This document shows positions 29,659 to 38,855 of a DNA stretch of 64,000 bases, one piece after another (positions within the stretch are counted from its first letter, which is position 1; the number at the start of each line of letters is the position of its first letter). The notes beneath the pieces are model-generated. The model did not search any database. It was not told the origin of the DNA and saw only the letters and a program-made list of their open reading frames with translations. This stretch comes from an uncultured virus (IMG/VR IMGVR_UViG_3300048587_001148) (taxonomy: Duplodnaviria > Heunggongvirae > Uroviricota > Caudoviricetes): IMG/VR virus record IMGVR_UViG_3300048587_001148. One strand, given 5' to 3'. A program made the translations under genes and the position numbers.

Positions 29659-30555
29659 TCACCCCCCGGGGGTGCTCCGTGGATGGATCACCCAGGTGCT
29701 GTTGGGCGGGCAGAGGACAGGCCCCCGGGCAGCCGCCGGCAGGAGCCACCACCGCCCGGGGCGCCCCAGGCCGATGGCCGCACGCCGGGTGAGCTGGGTG
29801 AGCACGCCGGGCAGTCGTTCGGCGAGTCGCTCGAGCGGAATGGTCCCCAGCGGCGTCCGCCGCATCCATGCCGCCCAGAGTGTGGCGGCCAGCGAGCTCC
29901 CCTCGCCGGTGTGCACGATGGTCAGCCGCATGCCGCCGCTCGGGTGGTAGTCATGGGGCGGGGTCGCGGTGCCGGTCAGGGTGATGATCGGATCGGAGCT
30001 CTCTTGCCGGAAGAGACTCCACTCCCCGCCCTGCGGGGTGGACCACGCGGCACAGGTGGCTCCCGGAATGGCCGGGGCGGCCCAGCGGCGCACCGCTTGA
30101 TCCCACAGCCATGGGGCGGCGCGCATCGCGAGCTCTGGGTGCCGGCGCCACACCTCTGCGGCCACCTTGCTCCAGTCCGGGGCGCCCCGGGCGAGATCTC
30201 GTGCACAGACCATGCGTAGGGCGTCCGCGATGGGCTGCGGCACGTCTCGCAATGCCTTGAGGGCGCGTGCAGCCTCCTCTGGTTCTCGGGGCCACTGGGA
30301 GAGTGTTGCGAGCGGGAGAGGTCTGGAGAGACCTTCCCACTCGAGGGCCTGGTGCCCATGGAGGGTGACGAGGTATGCGCGGGGGGCCCGTGCTGCCTGG
30401 GGCGTGCTTGGCGCAAGATGATCGTGCACGACGGCCTCTGGTCTCACCGGTGAACCGCTCCGCAGTGGGTGCGGAGCGGGGCGATGGTGGGGCGATCGGC
30501 ATGGGCGGCAAGCCTCCACCGTGGCCATGGTCGTCGCCTGGTGGCGAACCACCAA
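29659..30555 (-). CDS. Trp-rich hypothetical protein
   Basis: Long ORF; start uncertain. Confidence 0.55.
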   Translation of the reverse strand: MVVRHQATTMATVEACRPCRSPHHRPAPHPLRSGSPVRPEAVVHDHLAPSTPQAARAPRAYLVTLHGHQALEWEGLSRPLPLATLSQWPREPEEAARALKALRDVPQPIADALRMVCARDLARGAPDWSKVAAEVWRRHPELAMRAAPWLWDQAVRRWAAPAIPGATCAAWSTPQGGEWSLFRQESSDPIITLTGTATPPHDYHPSGGMRLTIVHTGEGSSLAATLWAAWMRRTPLGTIPLERLAERLPGVLTQLTRRAAIGLGRPGRWWLLPAAARGPVLCPPNSTWVIHPRSTPGG

Positions 30556-30603
30556 CGTGCCACCATCGTTGGGGGAGGAAGCCTGAGCGAGGCGGGGTTG
30601 GCC

Positions 30604-30648
30604 AAGGATTGGCCAGGGAAGGATTGGCCAGGGAAGGATTGGCCAGGG
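30604..30648 (+). repeat. Tandem repeat 3 x 15 bp (AAGGATTGGCCAGGG)
   Basis: Three perfect copies read directly from the sequence. Confidence 0.95.
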
Positions 30649-30687
30649 AGGCGCTTGCGGCGGTACGTGAGGTTGGGCTGGGGAGAG

Positions 30688-30802
30688 TAGTGATCCGGGC
30701 CAGGGATCAGCCCAGGGATCGGGCCATGTATCGGGCCAGAGTGGCCCGATTAGTGATCCGGGCCAGGGATCGGGCCATGTATCGGGCCAGAGTGGCCCGA
30801 TT
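30688..30802 (+). repeat. Composite direct repeat (51-bp period) with two ATCGGGCCA-GAG-TGGCCCGAT palindromes and five GATC sites
   Basis: CCAGGGATCGGGCCATGTATCGGGCCAGAGTGGCCCGATT at 30712 and 30763; TAGTGATCCGGGCCAGGGATC at 30688 and 30751. Confidence 0.9.
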
Positions 30803-31047
30803 GACGTGTCGCCGGCAGCGAGAGTTCGTTACGGCCATACAGCGGGCCATGAGCTTGGTGCGTCGGCGTTCGCTGAGTCCGAGTCCTGTGTCTGAGAAGA
30901 AAGAGACCCCGGGGTCATCACCGGCCCACCTCTGCGGAGGGAGGCCGGGAGAGGACTTGCCCGGGGACAGTGCTGTAAGGAGGGGAGGCGGGGTCGAGCC
31001 GCGCCACGGCCGCGCTGGGGTAGGGTGCGGGCCCGGGCGCCCTCAAC

Positions 31048-31524
31048 TCACGTGGCGGGCTTGCCGCGTAGGCCGGGCTCAAGTCGCGCCTGAAATGCGA
31101 CGCGGGCCCACCAGATGTAGCCGATGGCCGTCGCCACGCGGAATACCACGAGCCCCCAAGCCACCTCTGACTTGTCGGATTGGAAGAGGACCGCGGCCCC
31201 CAGCAGGGCAAACACTGCCAGCAGGAAGCAGAAGCCGCTCGTGGCCACGAACAGGACCCGCCGCACGCGCGGCCGCGTCAGGGCGCAGTGGAATGCGACG
31301 CCCCATCCCATGGTCAGTGCCGCGCAGGTGAGGACGAACCAGAGCGGGAAGCCCATGGCGACGGTGACGGCACCAATGAGCGCGGTCGCCATGACGGTCA
31401 GGCCCAGCTCAATCGAGTCCTTGAACGGCACCCACGCCTCCTGCGCGGAAGTGTCGGGCCGCGCCGTCCTCCCGCCGATCGTATGCACCTCGGGTGTCGC
31501 GTATCTGGTCGGCAAGTCGGTCAT
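31048..31524 (-). CDS. Four-TM membrane protein
   Basis: Four hydrophobic segments; RBS GAAGGAG upstream, present twice. Confidence 0.75.
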   Translation of the reverse strand: MTDLPTRYATPEVHTIGGRTARPDTSAQEAWVPFKDSIELGLTVMATALIGAVTVAMGFPLWFVLTCAALTMGWGVAFHCALTRPRVRRVLFVATSGFCFLLAVFALLGAAVLFQSDKSEVAWGLVVFRVATAIGYIWWARVAFQARLEPGLRGKPAT

Positions 31525-31617
31525 CGTAACTCCTTCAATCGTGACTCCTTCCGGGGATGCCTTGTGGGTGGCCCCGGAGGGTCGGTGTGTGGTCTGTCCC
31601 TATGGTGGCCCACGCCG

Positions 31618-31714
31618 GTGAGCCTGGCCCAGTGAGTCTGGCCCAGTGAGTCTGGCCCGGTGAGTCTGGCCCGGTGAGTCTGGCCCAGTGAGTCTGGCCC
31701 GGTGAGCTTGCCAA
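31618..31714 (+). repeat. Tandem repeat of 14 bp (GTGAGTCTGGCCCR), six copies plus one degenerate
   Basis: Read directly from the sequence; the first copy has one mismatch. Confidence 0.95.
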
Positions 31715-32212
31715 GTGAGCATACCCGAGCACGCACGGCGTTGGCTTGTCGCGGCCGGGGCGCCCCGGGTTGGGGAGCATTCCCCCTCGCCTCTCCTCCT
31801 GGGCAGAAAAGGGATCCCTTGCGTCGCCAGGGGGACCTACGCCACGATGCTGTCTATGTCAGCCCTCCTACAGGTCATCGCCCACGAGCTCCATCGGCTC
31901 CAGCAACATCCCGAGCCTCTTGAGGCGATTACCCCGGAGGTGGGGGAAGCTCTCCTTCGGGCCCTGGAGCCGGTTGTGGCTCGCTTGGAGGGGACGCGCG
32001 TTCGCCCCCGGTTCGAGGCAGCCTTCGTCGTAGATGGCGGTGTAGGGGTCTCGCTCCGGACTGTCGTTGGCACGCTGGTCTTTGGGGTGGATGCCGATGG
32101 GGTGCCGCGCCCGCTCGAGCGCGTGGGTCGGGACCATCTGACCCGCCCCTATGTCACCCAGTCGTGGAATGACGCGCTGTCGATCGTGCTCGGCGCAGAT
32201 GGTGCCTCGTAG
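31715..32212 (+). CDS. Hypothetical protein
   Basis: Natural composition from MLSMSALLQ onward; the true start may be downstream of 31715. Confidence 0.55.
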   Translation: MSIPEHARRWLVAAGAPRVGEHSPSPLLLGRKGIPCVARGTYATMLSMSALLQVIAHELHRLQQHPEPLEAITPEVGEALLRALEPVVARLEGTRVRPRFEAAFVVDGGVGVSLRTVVGTLVFGVDADGVPRPLERVGRDHLTRPYVTQSWNDALSIVLGADGAS

Positions 32213-32235
32213 ACTTCCGGGGGCCGTGATGTCCC

Positions 32236-32451
32236 ATGGGGTGTTCCGTGGTTGAACCCCTGCTCGGTGCGCTTGTCCTGCTCTATCACGCGTTCGGTGC
32301 GGTCATGGCGATCGATGCCCTCAGGATGCTGGTGCGCCCAGCTCGTGCGGCCGAGGAGGGCTTTTGGGAGGCTCGCCGTGGCGGCCTGATCCAGATCAGT
32401 GTCGCGTTCCTGATCTTTTCGCCGCTGCTGTCCTCGCTTCTCTGGCCCTAA
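32236..32451 (+). CDS. Small two-TM membrane protein
   Basis: 71 aa with two hydrophobic helices. Confidence 0.55.
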   Translation: MGCSVVEPLLGALVLLYHAFGAVMAIDALRMLVRPARAAEEGFWEARRGGLIQISVAFLIFSPLLSSLLWP

Positions 32452-32651
32452 CCCCTGTGGGTCCCCCTGTCTGTGCGGGGAGGGTGTTGGCCCTGGGAGG
32501 ACACGGCGCACTACTCTTGGAAGGCTTGGGGTGCGATCGCTGGTATATCCCTCCACCCAGCCATGTGGGTCTCGTGCGCGAGGCCCTTTTCTGTGCCATC
32601 CCGGCGCGTGGTTTGGCGCTTCAACACACGGGGAGGAGTGTGGGGAAGACA

Positions 32652-32683
32652 CAGAAGCCGCACCATCGCTGGGGCGGCTTCTG
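32652..32683. terminator. Hairpin between convergent genes, possible terminator
   Basis: CAGAAGCCGC...GCGGCTTCTG 10-bp stem; no clear U-tract. Confidence 0.35.
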
Positions 32684-32878
32684 GTACAGCAGCTGCTGAT
32701 TCACGGGTGATCCATGTCCCCCGCAGGGGGTGGCGCCACAGCCCGTGGCCGACAGCGGTGCGGTGGGCGATCCAGTTCTCCCGCGGGAGGTGGCCACGCA
32801 ACCCAGTCGCACTCAGGAGAATAGAGGTGCAATGCCCCTAAGCGGAACCGGCGGTGCTTCCGGTCCGGTGCTCCGGGC

Positions 32879-33814
32879 TCACCCGGGCGTGTCGCGCGGG
32901 TGAATGATCTCTTCGCAACCGCGGCCGTCGAGGAGTGACACTCCCCCGGGGAAGGCATCTCCCACGAGCGCGCGAATCTCGTCGGCGAGCGTCGTCCTGG
33001 GGTAGCGCAGGGAGACATGATGCAGGATCACATGGCCTGGGGTGCCCCGGAAGTGGTGACACCACTCCTCAAGCGCCGCATGACCAGCGGGCCCCTCATC
33101 CCGGTCCCCCGCCCGCAGGAAGGTCGCATCGAGCACACGCACTGCCGCTTCAGCCAACGGCGCCGCGTCGATCACCCGTGTGTCACCGGAGTGCGCCATG
33201 AGGGTTCGCGTGGCTCGCACCTCCACCGCCGCTCGCCCGTGCGTCCGCGCCGCGGCGGCAATGTCGGAGCCAGCCCGTCCGATCCACTCGGGCTTCAGTT
33301 GGGTGAACGACTCCACCACGGCATACCCCAGACTCTGGCGGTATGGTTCGGGGTGGTGCACTGTCGGGAACGCGACGAGCTCACGCTTACCTCCGAGGGG
33401 GATGCGCGCTCCCGCCTCGATCGGATGCCACGAGAGGCGCTCTGCCCAAACCGCTTCCGGGATGCCGAGGAATAGCTTGGGTGCCGTCTCGGCTAAGAGT
33501 TCGATCTCGCGCGTGCCGGCAGGGTAGTGGATGGCCACCGGACCACCCGCCCGGGTTGTCCGCGACAACCGGGCAATCGTAAGCCCCATGAGGCCCAAAG
33601 TGTGGTCACCGTGACCATGTGTCATCGCTACTGTCCCGTAGGCCCCAACCTCATCCTCGAGATCCCCGGCGATCCCTTCACCAGCGTCGATCAGCAGGCC
33701 GAGGCTGGGCCACCCACTCCACATCGCGACTTGGGTCCGGGAGCGCCCAATACAACGCAGAAGCCCCCCAAATGGCGTTGGCGGGATGAATTCTTTGTGC
33801 AATGAGTTCGGCAT
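32879..33814 (-). CDS. RNase Z-like metallo-beta-lactamase-fold nuclease (Thermotoga/TM-type)
   Basis: LIDAGEG, THGHGDH, short arm QLKPEWIGRAGSDI, HSGDT, GH and HHVSLRY. Confidence 0.8.
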   Translation of the reverse strand: MPNSLHKEFIPPTPFGGLLRCIGRSRTQVAMWSGWPSLGLLIDAGEGIAGDLEDEVGAYGTVAMTHGHGDHTLGLMGLTIARLSRTTRAGGPVAIHYPAGTREIELLAETAPKLFLGIPEAVWAERLSWHPIEAGARIPLGGKRELVAFPTVHHPEPYRQSLGYAVVESFTQLKPEWIGRAGSDIAAAARTHGRAAVEVRATRTLMAHSGDTRVIDAAPLAEAAVRVLDATFLRAGDRDEGPAGHAALEEWCHHFRGTPGHVILHHVSLRYPRTTLADEIRALVGDAFPGGVSLLDGRGCEEIIHPRDTPG

Positions 33815-33895
33815 GCTTGCTCCCTGGGGTGAGAGCCTATCATACCTGCTGCCGGAAGACCTGGAGAAGTTTCGCGGCTGTCCTGCAACTGCGTT

Positions 33896-34441
33896 CTATG
33901 GCTTCCCGTGGGGCACGCCGCTCTTGAGGAGCTCGGCACGCCAGGCCACCCATTTGGGCCAGTAGTTCCTGACGAGGATGCCCTGCGCCCTGGCCTTGGC
34001 GATGGCGTCGGCTGTGCCGCTCGGCTGTCCATCCCACAGCGCCACCACGATGCCGGCTCCATCAACGAGCATCGCATTGCGAGTCATCATGGCGGACCGC
34101 ACCGCATGGCTGGTGTCGGGATGGCCTGGAATGACGATCGTCGTGGAGGCCGCTGTCGCCAGCAGGGTGTCGTAGCGCGCGCGTGCCGCAGCGGGCCAAC
34201 GACTGGCTTGTCCGGCGAACGGGACATAGGCATGCCACGGTATCCCGAGGTCATGCGCGGCGGCGGCGAGGGCTTGATCCCACCCGAGGGCCATCCCCGA
34301 GCGGACGACGCTGATGTTGGGGGTCGCCTCGAGGATGCGCCGCGCGAACGCCTGCAGTGATGCCTGGTTCGCGCTCGTGTAGGCGGCTTCGCTCGTTCCG
34401 AAGAGTTTTCCAGGGCGATGCCCAGTACCGGCAAGGATCAT
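33896..34441 (-). CDS. YspA/DUF1273-like SLOG-family protein
   Basis: AGTGHRP.KL, SGMALGWDQ, RN.MLVD and ALWDG..SGT. Confidence 0.85.
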   Translation of the reverse strand: MILAGTGHRPGKLFGTSEAAYTSANQASLQAFARRILEATPNISVVRSGMALGWDQALAAAAHDLGIPWHAYVPFAGQASRWPAAARARYDTLLATAASTTIVIPGHPDTSHAVRSAMMTRNAMLVDGAGIVVALWDGQPSGTADAIAKARAQGILVRNYWPKWVAWRAELLKSGVPHGKP

Positions 34442-34565
34442 GGTGTTGTGATCACTGTAGGGTGGTGGCGTGCCGTCCGTCTCCCGCCGGACCCGGACAT
34501 TGCGTTTTCACGGCCAGAAACATTGCAATGTCACGGCTGGATTGTCGCGGTGACCTCATGGCGAA

Positions 34566-35207
34566 CTACCGGGGAAGCTGGGGGACGCCGCCCCCAACGT
34601 GGTGGAGGGTGCGCGCGGACTGCACCAGCTGGACCACGCTCTCGCGCAGCTCCGGTGTCCGCTCGGCCGGGAGGCGCACCGGGTTGATGCCCAGCGCCTC
34701 CAGGTAGGTTTCGATCGCCTGATGCTGCGTCGCCGCACTGTCCGCGTCATGCACACGCCCGGCCGTCGTAAACTGCTCTCGGGGCAGGGGAGACAGGAGG
34801 AGCGGCAGGTTCCGATAGCGACGGTGCTCCTCCTCTGCCAGTGCCCGCAGGGCCGGAGATCGGTCACGGTCGTACACCGGGTTCAGGAGGAGTGGTGCCT
34901 CCATCACGACCACGTCATAGCTGGTCGCCACCTGTCGCAGTCGGCGCGCACTTGCACCCAGGAGATAGGCCTGGCATGTGAGGCCGACCATGTCGTTCGC
35001 CTGGATACAGGTAGTCGCTTCCTCGGTGACCAGCGTCACGTGAAGTCCCGTGCGCTTCAGCGCCCCGTAGAGCTCGGCCGAGAAAGTGGTCTTCCCGGTG
35101 CCGGGCCCCCCGTAGATTTCCACCACCACAGCATGGCGGAGGTTCGGCTGCCCTTCAGGTGACGGGGATGTCTCTGCGGGGCGAATCAGCGGGGCGGGGG
35201 ACAGCAT
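34566..35207 (-). CDS. NadR-like (AAA_28) P-loop nucleotide kinase/ATPase
   Basis: EIYGGPGTGKTT, LVTEEA, DVVVMEAPLLL and GRVHD, a pattern common in phage AAA_28 proteins. Confidence 0.7.
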   Translation of the reverse strand: MLSPAPLIRPAETSPSPEGQPNLRHAVVVEIYGGPGTGKTTFSAELYGALKRTGLHVTLVTEEATTCIQANDMVGLTCQAYLLGASARRLRQVATSYDVVVMEAPLLLNPVYDRDRSPALRALAEEEHRRYRNLPLLLSPLPREQFTTAGRVHDADSAATQHQAIETYLEALGINPVRLPAERTPELRESVVQLVQSARTLHHVGGGVPQLPR

Positions 35208-35301
35208 GTGGTGCTCCGTGAGGATTGTGACCTCCTACCATACCCGCCCGTCGCGCCGGTCCCTCGGAGACGGGCGCGACGTTCAACGCAGGGGCGACGG
35301 C

Positions 35302-37620
35302 TCAGGGGCGTGCCGGCCGGCGTGTGCCTGAGCGATCGTATACCACGGCTGGCCGGACCATCAACTCGCGGAATTGCGGCTCCATTGGCCCTCCGCTGCG
35401 GAGCGTTTGGAGGAGCTGTCCGAGGGTGTAGCTCTCCGCTCGCCCGAGATCGACCGTGTAGCCCAAGTCCGCGAGGCCACCTATTGTGACACTGCTGAGG
35501 GGGTTCAGCCCTGAGGGGTTAAGGAAGCCTGTCATGAGCTCACTGCGGAAGACGCTCTCACGCCAGTGGCTCCCTGCGGTCCCCTGTCCACCATTCTCCT
35601 CGAGCGGCACATTCCCGGATCCTCCGAGTGTCGCGTAGGCGTTCCGCGCTCCGATCCCGAAGTAGTAGGGATCAACTGGTGTGGGACTGGTCGCCAAGCC
35701 GAGCAGATCCCACACGGTTCCAATGCCGAGCACGTGCAGGAATTCGTGCGCGAGCACATCGGCCATCCGTCCGGAAGTCAGCAGACCAGCGACGTCCGCA
35801 GCATCAAGAAAGACGACGCCCAGAAAGGGGCGCCCCATGGCGTCTCCCCGGATACCGCAGGGTCCAGCGGCCCCCAAGACGCCGCCGACACCGTCGTAGC
35901 TCGCCACGCTCACTTGGATCCTGATGCCTTCGATGGTCCCCGAGACACCGGGGAAGCCGTTGAGGCACGTGTTGTCGGGGAGACTAATGCTGATCGGTGT
36001 CTTGGGGGTCGTCGATATGATCGCCTCCAGCCGCATCACCGCGGCAGTAATGGCCGTGCGGATGTCATCCGAGAGCGGTTGGATCGGGTGGACTCGGATG
36101 TAGCCGGAGCCGATTGGGGTGGCGTCTCCCGACGGTGGTGGTGGCGGCGGTGGCGGTGGAGTAGGCGCAGGAATCACCGTGGCAGTCGTCTGGAGGCTCA
36201 GCACGACACTGGTGCCTTCGCGGTAGTGCTGCGTCACTTCTGCCGTACCGGGAGCGACCCCGTACAGGTTGGACTCCACCCGCGGTAGGAGGATGCGCAC
36301 GTCGCTACTGACCGGCAGCTCGAGATCACCCGCTGCCTGCGATCGAGTCACGATCACCCCCACGGAGTCGCGCAGGGTTGTTCGTGTCGGCACAAACTCC
36401 TTGGCCGCCACGGAGAACGTGGGCCCCAGGGCCCAGGTCATCGTCATGGGGCGTCGATAGTGTGCGGTGAGCGTCAGGGTATCTGCCAGTCCGCCGGCGG
36501 CAAAAACGACCTGCCCAGTCACCCCCCGGTCACGCCTGGCGGTCTCCGTAAATGGTGGGAGAGCCACCGTGAACTGGAGGGCGCTGTCGGCGGTGAGCTC
36601 CCATCGCCAGAGGCCGGCTTCGAAGCCGATCGGTGTGACGGCGACGAGCGCCCCCGCTGGCAACCGCCGCCCGGCATCGTCTTCGACCGTCACGGCGACG
36701 GTGGCCCCCGACATCCAATCCACGCGAGAAGATGCGGTGGATGCCTCAAGTTTCCGAAGGGGTGGCAGTATGACCGTTACCAGCGTGGAGTCCATGAAGC
36801 TCCCGCGTCCCGCAAGGACCCAAGCCGTTCCTGGCCGTATGCCGATGGCGTGCACACTGTCCTTGGTGACGCGGATGGTGAGGACGTCTGGCGATCTCGA
36901 CAGCGCGTACGCAGGACCACCGCCAGCCAGCGCGTTCCCCCGGCGATCGATCGTGGTAACAGCCCACTGCTGTGGCGCTCCGATGGTGACGCCTGGAGCG
37001 CCCTCGAGTTGTACCGCCACAGCGGCTCCCAGTGTGACCGTGACCTCGCGTCGAGCTGTGAGTGTGCCGACCCTCGCCCCGAGGAGGCCGACGCCCGGCG
37101 CGCGCGCGCGAAAGATGCCCGGCCCAAGAACGGCAAGGTGGGTGGTGTCTGCACTCCAGACGGGCGCCACCGTCGGCGTGCCCCCGAGGCGATCCGTCGC
37201 GACAACGACTGGGCGAACGGTGTCGCCAGGGATCACGGGGCCAATCGGTCCGATCGCCAGACTGGTAAGTGCCGGGGGGCGTGCGATGACGTCCTTGGTG
37301 GCGCGACGCGAGGCTGTTTGCGCCGTGATGCGCAACGCGCCCTCTCGCAGTGCTTGCACGACCCCTTCCGCTGAGATGGTGCCGGCCCCTGCCGGTATGA
37401 TGTTCCACGCGATGCCTCCAGCAGGGAGAGGGCCCTCAGTGCTGCTGATAGAGACCGTCGTGGGGACGCCGATCACCAGCGTGTCAGGCGCAGTGATGAT
37501 CAGTGCGGCTTCTGACGGTGACACGCCCATGATTGTTTCCTCACCGGTGCAGGCCACCGCGCTGCACAGGAAGCCCAGGCTCAATCCCCTTCGCACGCGT
37601 CCGCTTGCTAACCATTTCAC
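35302..37620 (-). CDS. Lipoprotein with Ig-like repeats and a C-terminal leishmanolysin-like (M8) zinc metallopeptidase
   Basis: Lipobox AVAC, Big_2-like repeats, poly-Pro linker, DGVGGVLGAAGPC, HEFLHVLGIG and GTAGSHWRE..F.SELMTG. Start placed at GTG 37620 (track start 37698). Confidence 0.85.
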   Translation of the reverse strand: MKWLASGRVRRGLSLGFLCSAVACTGEETIMGVSPSEAALIITAPDTLVIGVPTTVSISSTEGPLPAGGIAWNIIPAGAGTISAEGVVQALREGALRITAQTASRRATKDVIARPPALTSLAIGPIGPVIPGDTVRPVVVATDRLGGTPTVAPVWSADTTHLAVLGPGIFRARAPGVGLLGARVGTLTARREVTVTLGAAVAVQLEGAPGVTIGAPQQWAVTTIDRRGNALAGGGPAYALSRSPDVLTIRVTKDSVHAIGIRPGTAWVLAGRGSFMDSTLVTVILPPLRKLEASTASSRVDWMSGATVAVTVEDDAGRRLPAGALVAVTPIGFEAGLWRWELTADSALQFTVALPPFTETARRDRGVTGQVVFAAGGLADTLTLTAHYRRPMTMTWALGPTFSVAAKEFVPTRTTLRDSVGVIVTRSQAAGDLELPVSSDVRILLPRVESNLYGVAPGTAEVTQHYREGTSVVLSLQTTATVIPAPTPPPPPPPPPSGDATPIGSGYIRVHPIQPLSDDIRTAITAAVMRLEAIISTTPKTPISISLPDNTCLNGFPGVSGTIEGIRIQVSVASYDGVGGVLGAAGPCGIRGDAMGRPFLGVVFLDAADVAGLLTSGRMADVLAHEFLHVLGIGTVWDLLGLATSPTPVDPYYFGIGARNAYATLGGSGNVPLEENGGQGTAGSHWRESVFRSELMTGFLNPSGLNPLSSVTIGGLADLGYTVDLGRAESYTLGQLLQTLRSGGPMEPQFRELMVRPAVVYDRSGTRRPARP

Positions 37621-37724
37621 GCTGACCTGCTCCTGTTCGGTTTCGCGGATAGTGGGTGAGGCGGTTTGCACTCGAGAGCCCCCCGTCGGCGAGTACACCT
37701 TGGCTCATCCATCGTGCTCCCGAC

Positions 37725-38498
37725 ATGTCCACGATGCCGCCGTGCCCCACCTCTCCCGCCCTGTTGGCGGAGGCCGCCCAGGTCGCCTGGGAGGAGGTGT
37801 GGGCGTCGCGGATCGGCAGTGAGACGTCAGGGGTCGACTTGAGAAGCTGGCAGCCGCCGGCTCCAATGGTCGGATTGCTCTTTGAGGGCCTGCTCGCGCG
37901 GACCCTGGCGACGCGCTATCCGATGCTGTGGCGGCAGGGTGTCGCGAAAGGCGAGAAGGACATCGTCTGCGTCTCCGATGTGCACGCCAGCATTGAAGTG
38001 AAGGTGTCGGGGCAGGGTGGCACCGTGATCTACGGCAATCGCAGTTACGGCCGTCGTGCCGACGCGGGCCAAGCTGACCCCTCGAAAGACGGGTACTATC
38101 TGACAGCCAATTTCGCGGGGACGACGCTCTATCTCTTGCGCTTTGGCTGGCTGGTGCATGAAGACTGGGTGCCACAAGCGAGCCAGCGGGGGCAAGCCGC
38201 CACGCTTCGCGCCGCGGCCTACCGTGACCGCCTCCTCCCGATCCCAGGCGATTACACCTTGGATGCCCCGGTGAGGGTCCTCCCGGGTGTCGGGGCCCGC
38301 CTGGTCACCCATGCCGCCCGCCACGGGTGCATGACCCTCCGTGATCTCCTCGCCTATCGGGGGCGCAATTCGACCCTCCTGCAGCTGGCGGTGCTGCTCC
38401 AGCGCCATCAGGGTGACCCCACCTGGTGGGCGACCCCCGATCCCGCGATGGATGCCGCGCCCCCTGAGGAGCCCTCACTCTGGTTGATGGCCGGCTAA
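37725..38498 (+). CDS. ScaI-family type II restriction endonuclease-like protein with an HhH-like C-terminal extension
   Basis: EKDIV..SIEVK (PD-D/ExK), IYGNRSYG, SK.GYYL.ANF, LRFGWL.H.DW..Q.S.RGQ.A.L match the ScaI family as I recall it; LPGVGAR tail. Confidence 0.75.
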   Translation: MSTMPPCPTSPALLAEAAQVAWEEVWASRIGSETSGVDLRSWQPPAPMVGLLFEGLLARTLATRYPMLWRQGVAKGEKDIVCVSDVHASIEVKVSGQGGTVIYGNRSYGRRADAGQADPSKDGYYLTANFAGTTLYLLRFGWLVHEDWVPQASQRGQAATLRAAAYRDRLLPIPGDYTLDAPVRVLPGVGARLVTHAARHGCMTLRDLLAYRGRNSTLLQLAVLLQRHQGDPTWWATPDPAMDAAPPEEPSLWLMAG

Positions 38499-38855
38499 CC
38501 GACTCACAATTTGACGGCGATCCGGCCGGTGATGCGCTGAGCACTGCAGCCGGATCGGCCCTTGGCGTTGTGTGTTTTGCCCCCGTGAAACATCTGAAAG
38601 CCCCGTGGCACTCCGCTCGACGGCCCGTCCGACCAATTCCTGTACACCTCTTGAATTTCGGGCGATTGCTCGTCTGGCGTGGCGCAAACCCTGGCCTCAT
38701 CAGTGTTTGCGCCACCAGCCCACGTCAATCCTGCTTTCAGCGGGGCTTCGCGCGCTCTGCTGTTGACGGGCTGTGTCCATCTCCCCCTTCCTGAGCCTGT
38801 TCGTGTTGCACGGCGAATGACCGTGAAACACCACCCAATCCTCGGTTGTGGGTCT

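Noticed and set aside
30375..31331. 318-aa ORF with GLARE and RARDRAMYRARVARL repeats
   Set aside because: Probably a translation of the DNA repeats; very Arg-rich, and it overlaps the better-supported membrane gene on the opposite strand.
30604..31714. CRISPR array
   Set aside because: Repeats are short (14-15 bp) and directly tandem with no unique spacers; no cas genes are present.
32452..32878. Possible ncRNA or tRNA next to the RNase Z gene
   Set aside because: Only one hairpin is visible, with no cloverleaf, T-loop or other recognisable RNA motif; an Infernal/Rfam scan would be needed.
36130..36170. GGT/GGC triplet repeat
   Set aside because: Encodes the poly-Pro linker of the leishmanolysin-like protein on the minus strand.
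38499..38855. Structured intergenic region (GATCCGGC...GCCGGATC)
   Set aside because: A short GC-rich stem expected by chance; no family recognisable.
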